This document shows positions 38,537 to 47,643 of a stretch of 64,000 bases of DNA, piece by piece. How positions within the stretch are numbered: the stretch's first letter is position 1; every line of letters begins with the position of its first letter. A program made the position numbers and the translations under genes. This stretch comes from Opitutales bacterium (GTDB lineage: Bacteria > Verrucomicrobiota > Verrucomicrobiia > Opitutales > UBA2995). Where the stretch lies: NCBI GenBank assembly GCA_022824405.1, contig JAJDZZ010000005.1:2160-66159 (forward strand), read 5' to 3'. Under the pieces are notes generated by a model, which saw nothing but the letters and a program-made list of their open reading frames with translations, was not told the DNA's origin and made no database searches.

Positions 38537-39974
38537 GCAGAGGTTTTACCACTTTTCCATGGACATCGGTTAGGCGATAGTCCCTGCCTTGAAAGCGGTA
38601 GGTCAGGCGTTTGTGGTCGATCCCCAGCAAATGGAGGAGGGTGGCATGCAAGTCGTGAATATGCACCGGGTCCTGGTCGATGTTGTAGCTGAAATCATCC
38701 GTTTTCCCATGGCTATAGCCAGCCTTGGAACCCCCTCCAGCCAGCCAGATGGTAAAACAACGGGGATGATGATCCCGTCCGAAATCATCCTTGGTCATCT
38801 TTCCCTGGCAGTAATTGGTTCGCCCGAATTCACTGCCCCAGATGACCAGGGTATCCTCCAGCATGCCCCTGGACTTCAAATCCTTAACCAGGGCGGCTGA
38901 GGCTTGATCGGTCTCCTTGCACTTTTGATGAATGCGCCCTGGAAGATTTGCATGAAAATCCCAGCCCTTTTGAAACACTTGGATAAACCGGACCCCACGT
39001 TCGGCTAATCGGCGGGCCAAAAGACAATTCGCGGCAAAGGTGCCCGGTTGGCCCACGTCGTCGCCGTATAGCTTCAGAGTGGCTTCCGACTCACCGCTCA
39101 AATCGGTCACTTCCGGTACGGATGTTTGCATGCGAAAAGCCATTTCGTATTGGAGGATCTGATTTTCCAGTTGGGGATCCTCCGAGTGGGCCAGTTGACG
39201 CTCATGAAGCTCACGCAAATATTTTATGGCGGAACGGCGACTCTCCCGGCTGACACCGGGTGGATTATTCAGGTAGAGCACGGCATCTTTTTCCGGGCGA
39301 AAGCGAACGCCATCATGACGACCGGGCAGGAATCCGCTATCCCAGTAGCGGGAGGTCAGGGGTTGGCCTGAGCTTTCTTTCGGGGTCAGAACCACGTAGA
39401 CGGGAAGGTTCTCATTCATGGACCCAAGTCCGTAGGACATCCAGGACCCGAAGGTGGGGCGACCCGGAAACTGGGAGCCCGTCTGCATGAAGGTAACTCC
39501 CGGTCCGTGGTTGATGGCCTCGGTGTACATGGATTTTACAAAACAAAGCTCATCCGCGATGGTTGCGGTATGGGGAAGAAGTTCGCTCAAAGTAGCCCCG
39601 CTCTCCCCGTGCTGCTGGAAGGCGTAAGGCGAACCAGCCAGAGGGAAACTGGCCTGATGGGTGGACATTCCAGTGAGCCGCTGTCCTCTTCGAACCGAGT
39701 CGGGAAGTTCCTCGCCGTGCATGGCATTGAGAACCGGTTTGTGGTCGAACAGGTCCATTTGGGGCGGCGCGCCGGACTGGTAGAGGAAGATCACTCGCTT
39801 GGCCTTGGGCGCAAAATGCGTATTCTCCAAAACCCCGCCGGAAGCGGAGGCATCGACCGGATTGAAGAGATCGCTCAGAGCAATCGCGCCAAAGCCCATG
39901 GCGCATTTGTTGAGGAAGTCGCGGCGGCTCAAGCCAACCCCGTTTTCATGTCCGGTGCAAAGTGGTGTATTCAT
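38529..39974 (-). CDS. DUF1501 domain protein (sulfatase-fold, Tat signal)
   Basis: Tat-like signal SRRDFLNKCAMGFGAIAL, DUF1501-typical length and C-terminal motifs (WGSEFGRT, DHHP). It overlaps the upstream PSCyt gene by 4 nt. Confidence 0.9.
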   Translation of the reverse strand: MNTPLCTGHENGVGLSRRDFLNKCAMGFGAIALSDLFNPVDASASGGVLENTHFAPKAKRVIFLYQSGAPPQMDLFDHKPVLNAMHGEELPDSVRRGQRLTGMSTHQASFPLAGSPYAFQQHGESGATLSELLPHTATIADELCFVKSMYTEAINHGPGVTFMQTGSQFPGRPTFGSWMSYGLGSMNENLPVYVVLTPKESSGQPLTSRYWDSGFLPGRHDGVRFRPEKDAVLYLNNPPGVSRESRRSAIKYLRELHERQLAHSEDPQLENQILQYEMAFRMQTSVPEVTDLSGESEATLKLYGDDVGQPGTFAANCLLARRLAERGVRFIQVFQKGWDFHANLPGRIHQKCKETDQASAALVKDLKSRGMLEDTLVIWGSEFGRTNYCQGKMTKDDFGRDHHPRCFTIWLAGGGSKAGYSHGKTDDFSYNIDQDPVHIHDLHATLLHLLGIDHKRLTYRFQGRDYRLTDVHGKVVKPLLA

Positions 39975-42900
39975 CGTTGAACAATACTTTCGTTAAAATT
40001 CATCAAGGTGTTGATAACCACCGTCTTGGCGGCGAGATCAATTGGATCGACCTCTTCTGAAGACGGCGCTTGCCCAACCTCCAGCAATTGTTCTGCCCCA
40101 GCCGGATCGGATCGGAATACGCTTAACTGTCGGTCCAGGAAATTTCCCAGGAGGGAGACTTCCTCTTTCTCCGGACGACGACTGGTGAGGAGACGGAAGG
40201 CTTTTTCAATTTGCGCTTTCTCGTCCCCGGGATGCTCTCTCATGAGTTTTTCTGCCAGCACCCGGGAGGCTTCGACAAACTGGGGACCATTTAAAATAAT
40301 GAGCGGTTGAAGGGGCGAGGCGGTGGTTTCCCGCTTTACCGTGCAAACATCCCGCTTGGGCGCATCGAATGTCACCATGGTAGGGGCCGGAGAATTCCGC
40401 TTCCAGAGGGTGTACAAACTCCGGCGGTATAAACCCTCCCCCTCATCGGGATCAACCGGCTTGAAGCCCACCGCCAGTTCGTAGGGCTTAACGGGAGGAC
40501 CGCCCAATTTGTCCACCAACAGGCCGCTGACGGCCAGCGCATTGTCCCGAATCATTTCTCCACTCAGCCTGTCCGGATTGCTCCGGGAATAGGTCTCGTT
40601 TTTGGGATCTATCCTCCGGGTCCTTTCGTCCGCCTGGGCGCTCTGCCGGTAGGTTGCGGAACACACCATCTGTTTAAATAAGCGGTGAAGATTCCAGCCA
40701 TTATCCACAAAGTCCCGGGCCAGCCAATCAAGGAGCTCGGGATGAGTCGGAGGATCCCCTTGAAGACCGAAATCCTCCGGGGTTCGAACCAAGCCCTGGC
40801 CGAAAATCATCTGCCAATACCGATTGACCGCGACGCGGGCGGTCAGAGGGTGATCGGGGGTAGTCAGCCACTGAGCCAAGCCGAGACGGTTGCGCGGTTT
40901 GTCCTGGGGAAAGGAAGGAAGAACATTCGGAGTGTCCGCCGTTATTTGTTCGCCGCGCGCATCGTAGGCGCCTCGTTCCAAAACAAAGGCCGGCCTGGGC
41001 TCGGGGAGCTCTCGCATGATGGTCAAATCGGGCAGTTCGTCTATTTGCCGGTTCCATTTTGCGCGGGCCGCCTGCAGTTCCCGGCGAAGTTCCGCCACCG
41101 GACCATGGCCGGTGGCTACAAAATATTCCAGCAACTCGGTCCGTTCCCGCTCCACGAGCAAATCGACCTCCTTCATCAAGAGCTTTTGCAGATGCGATCC
41201 GTCGTGGAGTTCTTTCACTTCTGCCGCAGCAAGTTCCCGATCGAACATGCGAAATTCATCCATCCGCCCCCCGACAAATCCACGGTCGCGATAGCGTTGG
41301 CCGAGAACCAGATTCTGGCGGCCCCCGGACCACTCCGTTATCTGCCGGGTCAAATTATCTCGAACAACGGTCGTCTCGACCGACCGCCCATCGACGAAAA
41401 TGCGAAGTCCATCGGCCCGGCTCGAACCATCGTAAGTAACGGCGAGGTGATACCACCGACCGGGCTCGATCGGCTCATTGGCTTGAGCCCGAATTGCATT
41501 CCCCGGCCAATAGTGAATGACGGATACGGTCGGTTTTCCATCCATCAACAGGAACTCGTAACCGAGGCTGGCCGCGTCGTCGGCGCCTCCCCCCCGGCTG
41601 AACAGGTTTTCCCGGCCCGACAGTTGTCTGGCCCGTATCCAAAGGGCGGCGGAAAAGGGCTGCTCACGCCTGAAGTGCCCCACTTCCGGGACCTCAAATG
41701 GATCGTCTCCCGTAAACTCAACGGCCATATTGAAAATTCCCGGAACCAGGACATTCAAATCGGAAGTGGTGGCCGGATGGTCCGGAGCGGCTGAATTGAC
41801 CAAGGTTTCTCCCTCCCTGTCGTCGAAGGAAATACTGGCCACCAAACCGGGCCAGGTCAGCTCGGGCCTCTGTGCCAGCCAGGATTCGAATTCCTTTGAT
41901 TCCCCGACTCCCATCTCAGCCTTCTCCAGTTGGCTTTCGAGTTCGGTTATCTCGTCTTGTGCAACGGCCAGGACTTCATCGGCTTCCGCATGAGAAATCG
42001 GCATGGCCGGTGTGGGAGCGCCCTTGGTAAAATAGGAGATGAGACCGGCTTCATCGATATTGGCAAAGAAGGAACTCAGGGAATAGTAATCCTTTATGGA
42101 AACGGGGTCGTATTTGTGGTCGTGACAGCGAGCGCACTCCATGGTGAGACCGAGAAAAGCGGCGCTGAAAGTCTGCGTCCGATCGGCCACGTATTCGACC
42201 CGGTATTCCTCGAGGACAATGCCGCCTTCCATTTTATGGGCGTGCAGCCGATTAAAGGCAGTGGGTATAATGTCCTGCGGCTCGGGGTCGGGGAGCAAAT
42301 CGCCCGCCAATTGAAGTTTAATGAACTCGTCGTAGGGCATGTTGGCCCGAAAAGCGTCGATGACCCAGTCGCGCCAGGGCCAGACGTAGCGATCATGGTC
42401 CCGCTGGTAACCGAAGGAATCGGAATAGCGGGCCACGTCGAGCCATTCACTGGTCATTCGTTCCGCGTAGGCCGACGATGACAGTAAGCGATCGACCACT
42501 TTTTCATAAGCCTCATCAGTTTTGTCGGAAAGGAATTGGTCGATTTCATCGAGGGTGGGCGGCAATCCCGTCAGATCAAAGGATACCCGGCGAAGCCACT
42601 TTTCGCGGGATGATTCCGGAGCGGGTTGCAAATTTTTTTCAGCCATTCCCACTGCGATAAAGCGGTCGATTTTATTTCTGGCCCAATGGCCCGAAGTTGC
42701 AGGAGCTTCCACTTCCCGGGGCAGGGGGATGAAGGACCAGTGCCGGTCGTATCGGGCTCCCTCCTTGATCCACTGGTAGAGCAAATCCTTCTCAGCTTTG
42801 CTCAGGCTCCTGGCATGTTTCGAAGGAGGCATCCGGTCCTCAACATCTTCCGCATTGATCATCCAGATCATCAAACTGTTGTCCGGATCGCCCGGTACGA

Positions 42901-43144
42901 TGGCATGGGCTCCATCCCGATCGGCGTAAGCATCCTCCGGTCTGTCCAATCGCAAATCGGCCTCACGGTTTCCCGCATCGTTACCATGACAAAGAAAGCA
43001 GGAATCGGACAGGATGGGCCGGATATCCCGATTGAAGGATACCTCGCCGGAAAGGCTGATGACGGCCCCCAAACCTGCCCAATGGCAAGCGATTAACGTT
43101 ACTATGAAGCTCCTCACTGAATCTCGATTCAACAGTCTAAGCAT
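39971..43144 (-). CDS. PSCyt1 / DUF1549 / LamG-like / DUF1553 protein (planctomycete-type cytochrome c fusion)
   Basis: N-terminal heme motif CFLCHGND, DUF1549-like region (WSFIPL...), a central concanavalin/LamG-like insert and a DUF1553-like C-terminus. It forms the canonical pairing with the downstream DUF1501 gene. Confidence 0.9.
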   Translation of the reverse strand: MLRLLNRDSVRSFIVTLIACHWAGLGAVISLSGEVSFNRDIRPILSDSCFLCHGNDAGNREADLRLDRPEDAYADRDGAHAIVPGDPDNSLMIWMINAEDVEDRMPPSKHARSLSKAEKDLLYQWIKEGARYDRHWSFIPLPREVEAPATSGHWARNKIDRFIAVGMAEKNLQPAPESSREKWLRRVSFDLTGLPPTLDEIDQFLSDKTDEAYEKVVDRLLSSSAYAERMTSEWLDVARYSDSFGYQRDHDRYVWPWRDWVIDAFRANMPYDEFIKLQLAGDLLPDPEPQDIIPTAFNRLHAHKMEGGIVLEEYRVEYVADRTQTFSAAFLGLTMECARCHDHKYDPVSIKDYYSLSSFFANIDEAGLISYFTKGAPTPAMPISHAEADEVLAVAQDEITELESQLEKAEMGVGESKEFESWLAQRPELTWPGLVASISFDDREGETLVNSAAPDHPATTSDLNVLVPGIFNMAVEFTGDDPFEVPEVGHFRREQPFSAALWIRARQLSGRENLFSRGGGADDAASLGYEFLLMDGKPTVSVIHYWPGNAIRAQANEPIEPGRWYHLAVTYDGSSRADGLRIFVDGRSVETTVVRDNLTRQITEWSGGRQNLVLGQRYRDRGFVGGRMDEFRMFDRELAAAEVKELHDGSHLQKLLMKEVDLLVERERTELLEYFVATGHGPVAELRRELQAARAKWNRQIDELPDLTIMRELPEPRPAFVLERGAYDARGEQITADTPNVLPSFPQDKPRNRLGLAQWLTTPDHPLTARVAVNRYWQMIFGQGLVRTPEDFGLQGDPPTHPELLDWLARDFVDNGWNLHRLFKQMVCSATYRQSAQADERTRRIDPKNETYSRSNPDRLSGEMIRDNALAVSGLLVDKLGGPPVKPYELAVGFKPVDPDEGEGLYRRSLYTLWKRNSPAPTMVTFDAPKRDVCTVKRETTASPLQPLIILNGPQFVEASRVLAEKLMREHPGDEKAQIEKAFRLLTSRRPEKEEVSLLGNFLDRQLSVFRSDPAGAEQLLEVGQAPSSEEVDPIDLAAKTVVINTLMNFNESIVQR

Positions 43145-43464
43145 TTTTTTTTCAGAGTCTAGCCCGGATATCTGTTAATCAACCGCCGATAGGATTTTTG
43201 AAGCGGAATTGAGCCCCAGTGCAGCGTGGAGCCCGTTCGCCATTTGTCGCAATGGTAGCCAAACGGCGGAGAGAAAGACAAATGGCAGAAGGGTTAACAG
43301 TTGACCATCGCTAAATTGGGCTTTTGCGGAACACCTAACCCACATGCCTTTTCTGGGACGACGACTTCAGCGGTTCTCCCTGAAATAGCCGCGCTGGCGC
43401 ATGAGGACACGATGTAGATTCGGGTTTTTTGCAAAGGCTTAGCGGCCATGCAGCCAAAAACAAA

Positions 43465-43947
43465 TCAATTTGCCGGTTTTGGCGCATCCGGTGGCGGAGG
43501 CTCGTCCGGCCCTGGAACACCGTGCCTGTTCGGACCCCGGCGTTCCCCATTCCGACCTCCATGGCGGCCCCGCCTTTCTCCCAACCATTCGTCGAAGGCC
43601 TCGATTTGTTCGGGAGTCATGATCTCTCTGATGGCCTCCCGTTGTCCCCGGCGAATCCGGTCAAAGGTGGGACGCGTCTCTTGGAAAAAAGCATTGTACT
43701 TGAGCTGAGTATCCTCCAGGATTTCCCGCAACTGGACGGCCTGTTCCGATGTAAGATTGTACCGTTTGGTTACGCGTTGTTCGATGTGTTCCACCACACC
43801 CTTCTCCATGCGGAATGGATCGAGACCCGCCCGTTGAAAGCGAAGAGGGGACTGATTCAAGAGAAGGCGTTCCGCCAAGAAACCAACGAGAATTCCGAGA
43901 GCAAATACCACGGAAAGAATCAGGCCCGCCTTTAATTTCGAATTCAT
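43465..43947 (-). CDS. Spy/CpxP-like periplasmic LTxxQ-motif protein (membrane anchored)
   Basis: The start ATG at 43947 forms an ATGA overlap with the stop of the upstream gene. It has a TM anchor, the motif NLTSEQAVQL (LTxxQ) and an Arg/Gly/Pro-rich tail. Confidence 0.6.
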   Translation of the reverse strand: MNSKLKAGLILSVVFALGILVGFLAERLLLNQSPLRFQRAGLDPFRMEKGVVEHIEQRVTKRYNLTSEQAVQLREILEDTQLKYNAFFQETRPTFDRIRRGQREAIREIMTPEQIEAFDEWLGERRGRHGGRNGERRGPNRHGVPGPDEPPPPDAPKPAN

Positions 43948-44276
43948 AACCAGTCGGACCACTCTCCTTCACCGGAAAAAAGGGTGATCAATGGGTCTTC
44001 AGACTCCAACGCCCCTTCATTATCCACGGGAGTGACAGCCGTAACCAGCAGCAGGGAGACCAATGCCGCGGCCACCCCGGCCTTGACCGGGTTGGGGCTG
44101 AACAGGGTGATCAGCGCCTCCACCCAGTCCACTTCATCCTTCCGTGGAATGCGTAAAATTTTCTCCAATTCCACCCGAACCCGGTAACGAACGTCGACCG
44201 GGGCAGGCGATTCCTTCCTGCTGGCCAAAACCAATCGGGACCAGGATGGACCGGGATTTTTATCCGGAGATTTCAT
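43944..44276 (-). CDS. Putative anti-sigma factor (single-pass membrane protein)
   Basis: 110 aa. It overlaps the 3' end of the ECF sigma gene by 17 nt and has one TM segment (AGVAAALVSLLLVTAV). The call rests on position only. Confidence 0.45.
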   Translation of the reverse strand: MKSPDKNPGPSWSRLVLASRKESPAPVDVRYRVRVELEKILRIPRKDEVDWVEALITLFSPNPVKAGVAAALVSLLLVTAVTPVDNEGALESEDPLITLFSGEGEWSDWL

Positions 44277-44835
44277 AACGGGTTAAGTATTTACGTAGTT
44301 TTTTCTTGGCTCGAAAGCTTTTTACTTTGGTTTTGGAGAGGCTCCATCCAGTGATCTCAGCCACTTCGGCCAAAGACCGTTCTTCCAAATATTGGAGGGT
44401 CAACAAATGCCTGTCGTCTGCCGGCAAATGGGACAGGAGAAACTGGACCTGCTCGGTAATCTGGTATTGGTAACGGTGGTCATGTTGTTTTTCCTCCGGC
44501 AACTCCCGCTCGTAGGGGAAACCCTTACCGGCGCGTGAGGCCAGGGTCACGGGAGTGCGTTTGCAACGCCTGAAGTAATCGTGCCCCGTATTGTAGGCGA
44601 TGCGGCGCAGCCAGTTTTCAAAGGGTGCGGTCGGCTTCCACAAGTGCAGTTTCCGGTAGGCCTTGATAAAGGTGTCCTGCACCAAGTCTTCCAAATCTGC
44701 CTGGTGGGGACAAAAGCGGAAAAGACACCGGGAAATCATGCCTTGATGGCGGGTCACTATCTGATCGAAGGCCCGAAGGTCTCCCTCCCGAGCCCGATCG
44801 ACCAGTTTGCGATCCTTGTCGGTTTCCGTTTCCAT
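44260..44835 (-). CDS. ECF-type RNA polymerase sigma factor
   Basis: Sigma-70 region 2 (DLEDLVQDTFIKAYRKL...WLRRIAYN) and region 4 (LTLQYLEERSLAEVAEITGWSLSKTKVKSFRAKKKL). The preferred start is METETDKD (ATG 44835). Confidence 0.9.
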   Translation of the reverse strand: METETDKDRKLVDRAREGDLRAFDQIVTRHQGMISRCLFRFCPHQADLEDLVQDTFIKAYRKLHLWKPTAPFENWLRRIAYNTGHDYFRRCKRTPVTLASRAGKGFPYERELPEEKQHDHRYQYQITEQVQFLLSHLPADDRHLLTLQYLEERSLAEVAEITGWSLSKTKVKSFRAKKKLRKYLTRYEISG

Positions 44836-44962
44836 CTTCCAGTCAAAAACTGCTAGGGAAATCGGACTGGAATAACAATTCAACACTTTGGTTTTTTCGA
44901 GATTACCCCCTCGCTCCAAAAGATTTCAGGGCTTTACCGTTTAAATTTTATGGAAAAAAGGG

Positions 44963-45535
44963 TTAGGGGTTCGCTTTCTCGGAGGTTCGGCCTTCATCCC
45001 GCTTGCGCATGATTTCCACGCGCCGAATGAGGTTTTCCTCCTGTTCGAGAGAAAGAACGTTGAGGACGGAGGTTATGACTTCCGCCTGAAGGGCGCCAAC
45101 TTTTTTCATGAGCGAATCGACGGCATCCTTGGCCGCTTTTACGGCTGTTGGGTCCTTTGGGTCCGCTTTCTGGGCCGCTTTCAACGATTCACGGGCGTCT
45201 GACAGGTTGTCACGGACGACCTTCCCATCCTTGGCGTATCGGGTGAAAATCGACCTTATTTCTTTGTGCTGTTCATCGGTCAGGTCCAAGTGTTGCAAGG
45301 CTCGTCTCATGTTGGGCACTTGGAGCCCACTCCCCCTGCGTTGGTCCATGGACCGGTCCCGCCGATCGACGGCTGCCGGAGGAAGTCCCCCGCCCCTCAA
45401 ACCGCCTTTTTCAATGCCGTCCGGTCCCGAGGGGCCGAAATCGGGTATGGGTTCTTCCTGGGCCGAACTCGTCACGGCAAAAGAGGCGACAAGTGCGAAA
45501 GCGGTGAAACACCGTGTCCACTTAATAGATTTCAT
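44963..45535 (-). CDS. Spy/CpxP-like periplasmic LTxxQ-motif protein
   Basis: Signal peptide ending SSAQEEP, the motif LDLTDEQHKEI (LTxxQ), and a helical Lys/Asp-rich body. Confidence 0.6.
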   Translation of the reverse strand: MKSIKWTRCFTAFALVASFAVTSSAQEEPIPDFGPSGPDGIEKGGLRGGGLPPAAVDRRDRSMDQRRGSGLQVPNMRRALQHLDLTDEQHKEIRSIFTRYAKDGKVVRDNLSDARESLKAAQKADPKDPTAVKAAKDAVDSLMKKVGALQAEVITSVLNVLSLEQEENLIRRVEIMRKRDEGRTSEKANP

Positions 45536-45600
45536 TTTCTTATGTTTTTGATGATTAACAACTTAAAATTAAATTACCCAATTGTAGGTTCTGTCTTGAT

Positions 45601-45627
45601 AACGTATTGGGAACCCGCCCGGTTACA
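45601..45627 (-). promoter_or_regulatory. Candidate ECF-type promoter (TGTAACC-N16-CGTT) for the Spy-like/sigma/anti-sigma/Spy-like operon
   Basis: The minus strand reads tgtaacc gggcgggttcccaata cgtt, about 66 nt upstream of the ATG at 45535. It resembles the AAC / CGT-type ECF promoter architecture. Confidence 0.3.
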
Positions 45628-45716
45628 GATTTAATTTCGATTCGCGAGCGGGTATGCGGACAGGAGAATTGACGCTCACGAAGAGTGCCAAAAACGTAGA
45701 AAGGGGAAAAAGAAAA

Positions 45717-46076
45717 AACCACAGAGGACTCAGAGGGCACAGAGTTTCTTAGGTAAAAACATGGATGAACAGGATGGACGGGATAAATAGCGATAAAAGG
45801 CACAAAAACCACCAAATTCCTAATTCCTCATTGGCGCCTCCGGCGCCTTCTCCTTTACGTTCCTCAGCGCTCTTTGCGAGAATCCCTCCCTCATCCGTGC
45901 TCATCCGTATAATCTGTGGTTTTTCTCTCCACTCCCTCACTCCATCACTTCATTACTCCTTTCCTTTCGATCACGATTAATCTCGGTCCCTTTGTGCCTC
46001 TGTGCCTTTGTGCCTTTGTGCCATCTCGCCTTGGCGAGATCCCATTCCTAATTCCTAATTGGCGCCCTCGGGCGCC
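45717..46076. repeat. Largest mosaic repeat cluster (order A, F-rev, B-rev, D, E, K, F, I, G, B, C, D, E)
   Basis: All modules were read directly. Examples: aaccacagaggactcagagggcacagag (45717-45744), ttggcgcctccggcgcc (45831-45847), tcgatcacgattaatc (45967-45982), ctttgtgcctctgtgcctttgtgcctttgtgcc (45990-46022), atctcgccttggcgagatcc (46023-46042), ttggcgccctcgggcgcc (46059-46076). Confidence 0.9.
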
Positions 46077-46085
46077 TTTTCGCCC

Positions 46086-47141
46086 CTAAAGCGCGCGAAA
46101 TTTACCGTCGTTTCTCCGGATAATGGATTGAAGCGGCTTGGTGTGCTGAGGTTTTACCTGAAAGCCGATAAAATGGATGCGGACGTTTTTTTCGGACTGT
46201 TCCTGATAGCTCCGTATATCCCCGGCCAACGCCTCAAAGGGTACATTTTGACTTCCCCCATTCGGCGTGGTGCGCTGAAAATCGCCGTCCGAAATGATAA
46301 AGAGCACATCGGGCTGCAAATGAAAGGCGGCTTTGATGACCGATTGAATGCCATTGACGGGATCCCTCACCCAATTGTGTCCCGACTTTCCATCGGTGCG
46401 GAATTCCCGCTTCAACCATTCTCCCGCCGCCGCTTTGTTGCCCCGGGTCCCCGAAACCAGGTAATTTTCAAAAAGATCGTAACTGCGGCTGAACTGGATC
46501 AACCCAAACAAGGTATTGGCATTGAGACCCTCGATCAATTTCAGGGTTTCGCTCTGCAAACGCCCTATGGAAATACCGCTTTTCCTGGCTTTGGTCACCA
46601 CACTTTGGGATATGTCGAAGGCTATGACAACTCGTTGGGCCTGGTCCTCAATGCCAAAAAAACTAAAGGCGGAAGATTCCGAGACCAATCCTTGCAGGGA
46701 GCCCATCAGGCCGGCCTCACGGAACAAAGCGGCCGCGTCATTCAGAGGATTAAAGGGGGATTGGGATGGATCGAAAGCAGTGGTAGGAAGCTCCGGCAGT
46801 CGGGGCAGATCGCTGCTGAGCATGGACTCGGTGGTGAGCCGCTCCATGAGCGCCGGTTTGCTGCTCATCCGTTGATACTCGGAAAGGGCCATGGAATGAT
46901 CCAACTCTCTCTGAGGTAGATAAATCGTCTTTTTCGCCACGAATTCGGGATCCTTCCGCAAGTTGGGAACAACTACCACGACGAAAACGGCAGCCACCAG
47001 AAGGATAATCTGTAGACCTACCGCCCAAAATAACGCGCTCACCCTGAAGGACCGCCTTGCCTCGTAGCGGTATCCGCCCAGATTTCCTTCCCCAGGTGAT
47101 TCCATTCCCCAGAGGTTTGACCCGAAGCCGATCATATTCAA
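46086..47141 (-). CDS. von Willebrand factor A (vWA) domain membrane protein
   Basis: N-terminal TM segment and a MIDAS motif VVIAFDISQSV (DxSxS). 351 aa. Confidence 0.75.
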   Translation of the reverse strand: MNMIGFGSNLWGMESPGEGNLGGYRYEARRSFRVSALFWAVGLQIILLVAAVFVVVVVPNLRKDPEFVAKKTIYLPQRELDHSMALSEYQRMSSKPALMERLTTESMLSSDLPRLPELPTTAFDPSQSPFNPLNDAAALFREAGLMGSLQGLVSESSAFSFFGIEDQAQRVVIAFDISQSVVTKARKSGISIGRLQSETLKLIEGLNANTLFGLIQFSRSYDLFENYLVSGTRGNKAAAGEWLKREFRTDGKSGHNWVRDPVNGIQSVIKAAFHLQPDVLFIISDGDFQRTTPNGGSQNVPFEALAGDIRSYQEQSEKNVRIHFIGFQVKPQHTKPLQSIIRRNDGKFRAL

Positions 47142-47240
47142 TTGAAGAATGGCAACTTTGAGAAATTCCCTCCTTCAGGTGAGAATCCCCCTTGACTAGA
47201 AATTATTTCCAGATCATACGTTTCAATTTCCTGAATTTCC

Positions 47241-47318
<78 letters not shown>

Positions 47319-47344
47319 TTCTTCAAGGAACTTTCCTAAGGATT

Positions 47345-47495
47345 TTCTCTCGCAATGCTCGCAAAGAACCACAAAGGCTTCCCCTGTGAGGAAGTATTTA
47401 GGAATTTACCACGGATTACACGGATGGCCACGGATATTGGATACAGACCACTGAACACTGGTCTCTGATCACTGAACACTGGCGCCGGAGGCGCC
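47345..47495. repeat. Mosaic repeat cluster (K-rev, B-rev, D-rev, F-rev, J, E)
   Basis: Modules read directly: ttctctcgcaatgctcgcaaagaacc; accacaaaggc; tttaggaatttaccacggattacacggatggccacggat; gaccactgaacactggtctctgatcactgaacactgg; ggcgccggaggcgcc (47481-47495). Confidence 0.85.
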
Positions 47496-47643
47496 TATCA
47501 GTGTGACAGCACAATTTGCCATAACAAATGGTTGGGACAGGCTGTCCCGAGATACGGTAATTCGCGGATTTTCTTTTTTTTATAAGTGTATGCCATGCAG
47601 GAATTAGCGAAGGTGGTATCAATCCTGCAAGAAGGAGGCCGAC

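Noticed and set aside
40685-41794. 369-aa plus-strand ORF.
   Set aside because: It is antisense to the PSCyt/DUF1553 gene. The same applies to 41930-42481 and 42626-43096.
43239-43286. 10-bp inverted repeat gccatttgtc ... gacaaatggc with a 28-nt loop, in the 320-bp spacer upstream of the PSCyt gene.
   Set aside because: It is an isolated hairpin with no recognisable riboswitch or sRNA features and no second copy in the window. It is noted but not interpretable.
46059-46919. 286-aa plus-strand ORF.
   Set aside because: It is antisense to the vWA-domain gene, which has a MIDAS motif and an N-terminal TM. Its own N-terminus is encoded by repeat modules.
47500-47643. Searched the dnaK upstream region for a CIRCE (HrcA) operator, a ROSE-type thermometer or a sigma-32 promoter.
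   Set aside because: There is no TTAGCACTC-N9-GAGTGCTAA-like inverted repeat. The only structures are a short gggacag-g-ctgtccc palindrome and a 7-bp stem (47596-47629) that does not cover the Shine-Dalgarno sequence. Evidence is insufficient for a regulatory call.
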